Source of the DNA: Candidatus Spechtbacterales bacterium | Lineage (GTDB): Bacteria > Patescibacteriota > Minisyncoccia > Spechtbacterales > 2-12-FULL-38-22 | Length of the DNA: 40,242 bases | Direction: 5' to 3' | Assembly (NCBI GenBank): GCA_033721415.1 | Contig: JAWWAH010000001.1 | Span: 1-40,242 of the forward strand | In this document: one piece after another, positions 33,968 to 40,242 of the stretch | Layout of the letters: every line of letters starts with the position of its first letter | Numbering within the stretch: the stretch's first letter is position 1 | Notes under the pieces: generated by a model | What the model was told of the DNA's origin: nothing | Seen by the model: only the letters and a program-made list of their open reading frames with translations | Databases searched by the model: none | Made by a program: the position numbers and the translations under genes

Positions 33968-34011
33968 CTTATATAAAAGTTGTTAAATGTCTTATTTTTT
34001 AGGCATTAGAC

Positions 34012-34039
34012 TTGCATATTTTAGTTTTTAGGATAGAAT
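34012..34039 (+). promoter_or_regulatory. Candidate sigma-70 promoter upstream of the inverted-repeat element and hppA
   Basis: TTGCAT (34012-34017), 16-nt spacer, TAGAAT (34034-34039). AT-rich context, so false positives are likely. Confidence 0.35.
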
Positions 34040-34056
34040 AGAATATGTTGTTGTAG

Positions 34057-34321
34057 GCCCTCTAACCAACAAATAAAATACAATTTGGAAGCTAAAAAAT
34101 GATTCAGATTCACGAAGCGACGACGATGGAGTAGTGATAACTACTTCAAGGAGGAGCGACAAAGAAGATCAATTATTTATTAGCTTTCCGAGGGACGGGC
34201 GTATATTCTCCAGCTCCTGTGTTTTCGTCATTAATGCACAATTGTGCATTACATTCCTTAGGCCTTGGCTCTGAATAATATCCGCTCCGCCAAATGAATT
34301 TGTATTTGTTAGTTAGAGGGC
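34057..34321. repeat. ~265-nt element closed by a 19-bp inverted repeat (one mismatch); structured leader/ncRNA or MITE-like remnant
   Basis: gccctctaaccaacaaata (34057-34075) is the reverse complement of tatttgttagttagagggc (34303-34321), except 34067 against 34311. Internal hairpin 34128-34147 and a perfect 18-nt palindrome at 34233-34250. Confidence 0.55.
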
Positions 34322-34369
34322 TAATAATACAGCAATTTTTATTATAAATTAAATTTTTTTGTAAATAAT

Positions 34370-36379
34370 ATGTTAGAAACAACACTTTTAGTTTCTTTAA
34401 GTGCAGCATTTGCTTCTCTTGGATATGCTGCAATATTGGCTTCTAAGATACTATCCTCTTCAGCTGGAACAGAAAAAATGCAAGAGATTGCAAAAGCTAT
34501 ACAAGAGGGTTCTGCAGCTTTTTTATCTAGGCAATATCAGGCTGTATCAGTAGTAGCCCTTGTATTAGCAATCGGTATTGCGCTTGCTCCACCCCTTGGT
34601 TTTGAAGCTGCAATCGGATTTTTAGTTGGTGCCATTGCATCTGCTTTAGCTGGAGTTTTTGGTATGCTTATCGCGGTACGTGCAAACGTCAGAGTGGCTG
34701 ATAAAGCATCAAAAGGGCTTGCGCCAGCATTCAACTTGGCCTTTCGCGGGGGAGCTGTTACAGGCTTTGCTGTGGTTGGGCTAGCTTTAATATCAATAGT
34801 TTCTATAATCAAACTTTATGGAGTCGAGGATCTAACGCCTCTTATTGCTCTTGGATTTGGCGGGTCTCTAATATCTGTATTTGCTCGTTTAGGAGGAGGA
34901 ATTTATACAAAAGCAGCTGACGTTGGCGCTGATTTAGTTGGTAAAGTAGAAGCAGGAATTCCCGAGGATGATCCTCGTAACCCTGCTGTTATTGCAGATA
35001 ACGTTGGAGATAACGTTGGAGACGATGCCGGAATGGCCGCAGACCTGTTTGAAACATATGTTGTAACAACAGTTGCAGCTATGCTTATTATTTCAATAAC
35101 TGATGTAGGGTTAATTCATCTACCATTACTACTTGGCGCAATAGCTGCAGTTGCATCTATAATTGCATCTATAGGTGTTCGAATTACACCAGTATCAAAA
35201 GCTTTGTTTTCGTGGCTTAGTGGCAAAGACGAAGCCGGAGCCATAATGAGTGCATTATATACAGGACTCTTTCTTTCAGCAGGGCTTTCGGTAGTTGGTT
35301 TTTATTTTGTATTAGTAGGTGAATCCGGATTATTTAATGCAGCATTGATAGGCATTGGAGTTACTGTTGCAATGGTCCTTATAACTGAATATTACACATC
35401 TAAGCGTTTTAGAGCGGTTAAAGACATCGCTAAAGCATCAGAGTCGGGTCATGCTACAAATATAATTTCTGGTTTAGCATATGGTATGGAGGCAACAGCT
35501 ATGCCAGTAGTTATTATAATAGCTGCCATACTTGGTTCGCATGCGGCAGCAGGATTAGTGGGTGTTGCTATAGCAGCAGTTGCTATGCTTTCTCTTGCGG
35601 GAATAATAATTGCCGTGGATGCATTTGGTCCAATAACAGATAATGCCGGAGGAATAGCTGAGATGTCCGAATTGCCATCATCTGTAAGAGATATCACAGA
35701 CGCACTTGATGCAGTTGGGAACACAACAAAAGCTGTTACGAAAGGATATGCTATTGCTTCAGCTGGCCTCGCAGCATTGATATTATTTGTTTCTTATCTT
35801 GAAGAATTTAAATCAGGAGTTCACTTAGACTTTGTGCTTGATAATCCTTCGGTTCTTGCGGGTATTCTTGCTGGTGCCGCTGTACCTTATCTATTTGCAT
35901 CTTTTGCGATGCGTTCTGTGGGTAAGGCTGCAGGTTCTGTTGTAGAAGAAGTACGCAGACAGTTTAGAGAGATACCTGGCATCATGGAGGGAACAGCAAA
36001 ACCTGATTATGCTAAAGCTGTTACCCTTGTAACAAAAGCTGCAATTAGAGAGATGATTATACCCGCTTTACTTCCAGTAGTTATACCAGCTTTAGTCTGG
36101 TTTATACTAGGCCCAGAAGCTTTGGGTGGTGCATTAATCGGAGTTATCATCACAGGATTGTTCGTAGCCATTTCTATGACATCTGGTGGAGCAGCTTGGG
36201 ATAATGCTAAAAAATACATAGAAGAAGGTAATCTTGGCGGCAAGGGTTCTTTAGCTCACAAGGCTGCCGTTACAGGAGATACAGTAGGAGATCCATACAA
36301 AGATACAGCTGGACCCGCTATTAACCCTGTTATCAAGGTTATGAACGTAGTAGCATTACTTCTAGTTAGGTTCTTCTAA
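34370..36379 (+). CDS. hppA: Membrane-bound proton-translocating pyrophosphatase, predicted K+-independent type
   Basis: 669 aa, about 16 TM helices. [21 protein letters not shown] is present. [10 protein letters not shown] carries Lys and Thr at the positions that distinguish K+-independent from K+-dependent enzymes. Confidence 0.95.
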   Translation: MLETTLLVSLSAAFASLGYAAILASKILSSSAGTEKMQEIAKAIQEGSAAFLSRQYQAVSVVALVLAIGIALAPPLGFEAAIGFLVGAIASALAGVFGMLIAVRANVRVADKASKGLAPAFNLAFRGGAVTGFAVVGLALISIVSIIKLYGVEDLTPLIALGFGGSLISVFARLGGGIYTKAADVGADLVGKVEAGIPEDDPRNPAVIADNVGDNVGDDAGMAADLFETYVVTTVAAMLIISITDVGLIHLPLLLGAIAAVASIIASIGVRITPVSKALFSWLSGKDEAGAIMSALYTGLFLSAGLSVVGFYFVLVGESGLFNAALIGIGVTVAMVLITEYYTSKRFRAVKDIAKASESGHATNIISGLAYGMEATAMPVVIIIAAILGSHAAAGLVGVAIAAVAMLSLAGIIIAVDAFGPITDNAGGIAEMSELPSSVRDITDALDAVGNTTKAVTKGYAIASAGLAALILFVSYLEEFKSGVHLDFVLDNPSVLAGILAGAAVPYLFASFAMRSVGKAAGSVVEEVRRQFREIPGIMEGTAKPDYAKAVTLVTKAAIREMIIPALLPVVIPALVWFILGPEALGGALIGVIITGLFVAISMTSGGAAWDNAKKYIEEGNLGGKGSLAHKAAVTGDTVGDPYKDTAGPAINPVIKVMNVVALLLVRFF

Positions 36380-36400
36380 AAAGATAACAAAACTAGTTAT

Positions 36401-36438
36401 AAAACAAAGAATCGGCCGAGTGGCCGATTCTTTGTTTT
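36401..36438 (+). terminator. Intrinsic terminator of hppA
   Basis: 17-bp stem aaaacaaagaatcggcc-gagt-ggccgattctttgtttt. Confidence 0.85.
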
Positions 36439-36496
36439 ATACGGAATATGATAAAATATATAATAGAATACAAAAATAAAAGATTTAAGTTATTGA

Positions 36497-37489
36497 ATGG
36501 AATTTTTAGTAGATGGAATAATAGTTGTAATAGGTATATTTGTCCTATTAAAGGCTGGTAAATATGTTGTGAGGTCTCTTGCCGCAATGGCAAGATTTTT
36601 GCATGTATCAGAATTTATTCTGTCTTTTCTTCTGATAGCTTTTGCGACATCACTTCCAGAGCTTTCAGTAGGATTGAATTCAGCATTTTCAGGAATACCA
36701 GCTTTGTCACTTGGGGATATAGTTGGCACCAATATAGTAAACTTCACTCTTATATTAGGTATAGTCTCTGTGCTTGCAGGGAAAATGGAGTTAAAAGACT
36801 ATAAACACTTCAAAGAAAATAGGGCATTTCATTTTATGCTTGTTATGGCTCCTCTTATTCTTTTAATGGATGGAGTATTATCTAGATTAGATGGATTTTT
36901 TCTTTTAGTTTTGTTTATAAGCAATATATTAAAGCTGTTGGATGTTGATGATGTGATTTTAGGTAGAAAAGTTTTACGTCCACACTTAGCTTTACATGCT
37001 CATCATACAGTTGACTCCAAGCATCGTTTTGTAGGTAATGTATTTGTTTTTGTTATTGCGGTTTCTGTATTATTAGCATCATCGTCGCTAATAGTATTAT
37101 CAATAGAAGATATATCTGCCCATTTTGGAATACCTGAGATTTTGATAGGTTTATTTATTATCGGGATAGGCACAAGCCTACCTGAACTATCAATAGGTAT
37201 TAAAAGTGTTAAATCTGAGCGTGACGGTATTTCTCTTGGAGATCTTTTTGGTTCAGCCGTTATAAACTCTACCCTTATATTAGGAACAGTATCTATGATT
37301 ACCCCAATTACAATAACAGAGCCGGCAACCTTCTGGGTAACTGTGGTGTTTGTGGCACTCACTCTTCTTTTAGCAAATTATTTTTTACGCAAAAAAAGCT
37401 TTGTGACAAGAAAGGAGGGAATAATACTAATAATGGTTTACGTATTGTTCTTATCCATACAACTTATAGTTTATAGTTTGTACCGATAG
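36497..37489 (+). CDS. Ca2+/cation antiporter (CaCA, YrbG-like Na+/Ca2+ exchanger), paralog 1
   Basis: 330 aa. Alpha-repeat motifs ATSLPELSVG and GTSLPELSIG with the following GD/GS..N motifs. Confidence 0.85.
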   Translation: MEFLVDGIIVVIGIFVLLKAGKYVVRSLAAMARFLHVSEFILSFLLIAFATSLPELSVGLNSAFSGIPALSLGDIVGTNIVNFTLILGIVSVLAGKMELKDYKHFKENRAFHFMLVMAPLILLMDGVLSRLDGFFLLVLFISNILKLLDVDDVILGRKVLRPHLALHAHHTVDSKHRFVGNVFVFVIAVSVLLASSSLIVLSIEDISAHFGIPEILIGLFIIGIGTSLPELSIGIKSVKSERDGISLGDLFGSAVINSTLILGTVSMITPITITEPATFWVTVVFVALTLLLANYFLRKKSFVTRKEGIILIMVYVLFLSIQLIVYSLYR

Positions 37490-37493
37490 CAAT

Positions 37494-38531
37494 ATGGAGC
37501 AAATTATTTTTAATACAATTTTCCTTATATTTAGCATATATTTGCTAATAAGATCGGGCGTACATGTTGTACGCTCTCTTAGTGTTATAGCTCGTTTTTT
37601 TAATGCATCAGAGTTTACAATTTCCTTTATATTAATGGCATTTGCAACATCTCTCCCAGAGCTTGCTGTCGGGGTGAATTCAGCTTTAACAGATAGCCCA
37701 AATATATCTTTAGGCAATATACTTGGAACTAATATAGTAAATATAACCTTAATATTGGGTTTGATAGGGATAATAGCAGGAAAGATATCAGTTGAAGATG
37801 AGAGTAAATTTGACTCAACTCGTATATTTAGTTTTTTACTCGTTATGTCCCCAGTGTTATTGATGTTCGATGGGGTTCTTAGCAGAATAGATGGCGTAAT
37901 ATTGTTAGCTTTGTTTGCCTGGAATATGGAGAGATTGTTTGAAATTAGAGAAAGACTCAAAGAAGCTAAAATAGTTCAAAAGATACTTTCTAGAAACAAA
38001 GAGATAGATCCCAAACACTCATTAGAAGAAGAGGTAGAAGATGTAGAAGAAGCTGTTGTATCTGTGCGAGAATTTTTTCGAGCTTCGAGCATATTTATTC
38101 TTAGTACATCTCTTTTGGTTGCGGCATCCTATGCAGTTGTTTACAGCGCAAAGAACTTATCCTTTATCTTTGGAGTGCCCGAAATCTTAATAGGATTACT
38201 AGTTGTTGGCATAGGAACAAGCTTACCAGAGCTTGTCTTTGGTTTGCAGAGTGCAAACAATGGTAATGGGGGAATGTCTCTAGGTAATATATTTGGCTCT
38301 TCTGTTGTAAATTCCACGCTAATACTTGGCGTAACATCTATTATAAGACCAATAGTTATGCAAGACAGCGCAATTTTCTGGATTAGTGCTATTTTCATGG
38401 GGGGAACATTGATACTTGCTCATTATATGTTCAGGACTAAGAATTTTTTGGTTAGAAAAGAAGCTGTGGTTCTTGTTTTCGCCTATGTTGTCTTTTTGAT
38501 AACTCAAATAATAATAGGAATAATTCAATAG
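37494..38531 (+). CDS. Ca2+/cation antiporter (CaCA, YrbG-like), paralog 2
   Basis: 345 aa. ATSLPELAVG and GTSLPELVFG motifs. It aligns along its length with the upstream paralog and has a longer acidic central loop. Confidence 0.85.
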   Translation: MEQIIFNTIFLIFSIYLLIRSGVHVVRSLSVIARFFNASEFTISFILMAFATSLPELAVGVNSALTDSPNISLGNILGTNIVNITLILGLIGIIAGKISVEDESKFDSTRIFSFLLVMSPVLLMFDGVLSRIDGVILLALFAWNMERLFEIRERLKEAKIVQKILSRNKEIDPKHSLEEEVEDVEEAVVSVREFFRASSIFILSTSLLVAASYAVVYSAKNLSFIFGVPEILIGLLVVGIGTSLPELVFGLQSANNGNGGMSLGNIFGSSVVNSTLILGVTSIIRPIVMQDSAIFWISAIFMGGTLILAHYMFRTKNFLVRKEAVVLVFAYVVFLITQIIIGIIQ

Positions 38532-38538
38532 AATTTTT

Positions 38539-38763
38539 ATGAAAATAAATGTTCACGTTAATGCAGGAGCAAAAAGCCCTAGTGTGCAAAAAATAGATGA
38601 TATAACTTATAGGGTTAGAGTGAATGCACCAGCACAGAAAGGAGCTGCAAATAGACGCTTAATAGATATTCTTTCAGAATACTTTAAAGTGCCAAAAACT
38701 CATGTTACAATAGTAGCTGGAGATAGAAGCAAGGTTAAAATAATCAAAATAATAGACAACTAG
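38539..38763 (+). CDS. DUF167 (YggU) family protein
   Basis: 74 aa. It has the V.V.AGAK...V.V.APAQKGAAN..L...L......K..V.I..G..S..K pattern typical of YggU. Confidence 0.8.
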   Translation: MKINVHVNAGAKSPSVQKIDDITYRVRVNAPAQKGAANRRLIDILSEYFKVPKTHVTIVAGDRSKVKIIKIIDN

Positions 38764-38764
38764 C

Positions 38765-39352
38765 ATGAAGTCATTGATTTCAAAAACAACAAAGATTTTG
38801 AAAGAGATAGTCAAAACAATTACTCCACTCTTAGATAAAATGGTTAGCAAATTGATTGCTTTTTCTAAGCGTAGCAAAGACTGGTTCTTAAATCTTGAAA
38901 TTCAGCATCAAGCTCTTGTTTCGTTAGCACTTCTTTTTGCTATTGGCTTAATCGGACTCTTGGTAACCTTATCTGGTCCATCAAATACATCAAGCAATAG
39001 TGCAGATCCTGCTGAAGTTGCAAAAGAACCTGAAAGAGAAATATTTTTTACATGTACCGAAACAGAAATAACTCCAGCAGAAATAACTATTTCTGCCAAA
39101 GAGTTTATAAGGTTTCGCTTTAAGAATGAAGCCTCTAACCCAACAAGTTTTGGTCTACGTGCAAGAGAGGATACATTCTTAGGATTTGGTGGAGGCGAAA
39201 CTAGCCAAATAAATTCTACAATTGCTATAGCTCCCCAAACCATAGCTAGTTTTTCTTGGCGTATACCAGCAGAAATAAAAGGTAGAACTATCGAATCTTA
39301 TTGCTCGCGACAGGATTCTGAAGTAACAGGAATTGTTAAATTTAATAAATAA
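38765..39352 (+). CDS. Hypothetical membrane-anchored protein with a beta-rich (possibly cupredoxin-like) C-terminal domain
   Basis: 195 aa, one TM (LVSLALLFAIGLIGLLVTL). No metal-ligand motif recognised. Confidence 0.55.
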   Translation: MKSLISKTTKILKEIVKTITPLLDKMVSKLIAFSKRSKDWFLNLEIQHQALVSLALLFAIGLIGLLVTLSGPSNTSSNSADPAEVAKEPEREIFFTCTETEITPAEITISAKEFIRFRFKNEASNPTSFGLRAREDTFLGFGGGETSQINSTIAIAPQTIASFSWRIPAEIKGRTIESYCSRQDSEVTGIVKFNK

Positions 39353-39358
39353 AACACC

Positions 39359-39781
39359 ATGGATGTTGTAAGCAAGAACAAAAACAGATATCTTTTACGA
39401 TTAGATCCTGGAGAAGAATTGCTATCTACAATTCAGGATTTTTGTAAAGATAAAAACATAAAAAATGCTTGGTTAGAGGGAATAGGCTCCTCAGATCTTG
39501 TAGTTCTTGCATATTACAATTTAAACAAACAGGAATACTTAAAAAATGAATACAAAGAAAGAATGGAGATAATGAGCATACTTGGCAACATAGCTATAAA
39601 AGAAGGAGAACTATTTTGCCATGCGCATGGGGTTTTTGGGCGTCCTGATATGTCAACACTAGGAGGACACATTGTGAAGTGTGTGGTTTCTGCAACAGCA
39701 GAAATAAATCTAACAACTTATTCGGGACCTGTTGAGAGATTAAAGGATGAAGACACGGGGTTGCACTTAATATGCTCATGA
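39359..39781 (+). CDS. PPC (DUF296) domain protein
   Basis: 140 aa. RLDPGEELLSTIQDFC...GIGS...ILGNIA...HAHGVFG...GGHI matches the PPC/DUF296 pattern. Confidence 0.75.
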   Translation: MDVVSKNKNRYLLRLDPGEELLSTIQDFCKDKNIKNAWLEGIGSSDLVVLAYYNLNKQEYLKNEYKERMEIMSILGNIAIKEGELFCHAHGVFGRPDMSTLGGHIVKCVVSATAEINLTTYSGPVERLKDEDTGLHLICS

Positions 39782-39896
39782 TCCCGTTAGAGTTAGCCCT
39801 AACGGGTCCTAAGAACAAGGTATAGAAAAATAACTATGCTCATTTATTTAAATGAGATTTCATCATTAACACTGCACGGCAGCAACCTCTAACGGG

Positions 39897-40242
39897 ATGA
39901 AGTTTTTAAATAAAAATAAAAAAGAAAATATATATCTTGATTATGCCGCGACGACACCTGTGTCATCGCGTGTTTTAGATGCAATGCAGCCATATTTCTC
40001 TGAGTACTTTGCAAATCCCTCATCATTACATTTAGCAGGACAAAAGGTTCGTTCTGATATAGATATTGCTCGTGAAGATGTTGGTAATCTAATAGGAGCA
40101 ACCTGGAAGGAGGTTTATTTTGCTCCGTCGGCAACTTATTCTATAAACCTTGCCTTACGAGGTATTGTAAAAAAGAATAAAGACCCTCATATAATAACAA
40201 CAAGTATAGAGCATAGCGCAGTTTTAAACACATGCAAAGAGC
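39897..40242 (+). CDS. Cysteine desulfurase (class V aminotransferase, IscS/NifS-like), 5' part; continues beyond the window
   Basis: ATG at 39897. Translation is MKFLNKNKKENIYLDYAATTPVSSRVLDAMQPYFSEYFANPSSLHLAGQ...TSIEHSAVLN, open to the window end. Confidence 0.85.
   Translation, partial: MKFLNKNKKENIYLDYAATTPVSSRVLDAMQPYFSEYFANPSSLHLAGQKVRSDIDIAREDVGNLIGATWKEVYFAPSATYSINLALRGIVKKNKDPHIITTSIEHSAVLNTCKE

Noticed and set aside
34057-34321. Possible RNase P RNA, SRP RNA, 6S RNA or tmRNA identity for the inverted-repeat-bounded element
   Set aside because: I looked on both strands for the RNase P P4 strings (GAGGAAAGUCC / ACAGAA), the SRP domain IV GGAA/AGCA motifs and a tmRNA T-arm with tag ORF, and found none convincingly. 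Only a short AGCCAAGGC resemblance to 4.5S appears on the minus strand. I left it unclassified.
34173-34433. 86-aa minus-strand ORF spanning the hppA start and the inverted-repeat element
   Set aside because: It overlaps the hppA start, has no RBS and has a low-complexity, unrecognisable sequence. The region is better explained as non-coding.
37451-37960. 169-aa minus-strand ORF across the CaCA paralog junction, plus similar antisense ORFs in hppA, the Na/Pi transporter, rnr (12756-13259) and the GT39 gene
   Set aside because: These are antisense frames of membrane-protein and AT-rich genes, which often stay open. The sense-strand products have unambiguous family signatures.
1-40242. Search for integrase, transposase, toxin-antitoxin, restriction-modification, CRISPR-Cas or other known defence genes
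   Set aside because: None of the translated ORFs shows the corresponding catalytic motifs. The tRNA-associated islet therefore has no visible mobility gene.

Overview
AT-rich, densely packed bacterial chromosomal segment. By eye it is mid-30s % GC; this was not computed. I call about 45 protein genes, two intact tRNAs (Thr-CGU, Gln-CUG) and more than 20 hairpin terminators. Housekeeping genes: murJ, lepA, an FtsB/DivIC-like gene, prfB with its programmed +1 frameshift, ftsE/ftsX, rnr, enolase and the start of a cysteine desulfurase. Accessory content: a GT39 glycosyltransferase, a Na/Pi symporter, MscS, an SQR + TusE/DsrC + DsrE sulfur module, an archaeal-type NMN adenylyltransferase, a glycerate-kinase/2-hydroxyacid-dehydrogenase/enolase operon, a LOG-family protein, an LAFTG-anchored repeat surface protein, a membrane H+-pyrophosphatase, two tandem CaCA exchangers and many small orphan genes. 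This content and style fit a small-genome Patescibacteria/CPR-like organism, but that is inference only. No CRISPR array, integrase, transposase or recognisable defence system was seen. The most unusual signals are non-coding. (1) A ~140-nt GC-rich element (24460-24597) folds as a tRNA-like acceptor/T-arm mimic with a 94-nt structured insertion in its T-loop, bracketed by two near-identical hairpins. (2) Repeated tRNA-Gln 3'-end copies bound a ~2-kb islet carrying a compositionally foreign RlmN/Cfr-like radical SAM gene and the NMNAT gene. (3) A tRNA-Thr 5'-half copy carries a 30-nt double-hairpin insertion. (4) A ~265-nt element closed by a 19-bp inverted repeat lies upstream of hppA. All functional calls rest on motifs read from the translations; no database search was possible.
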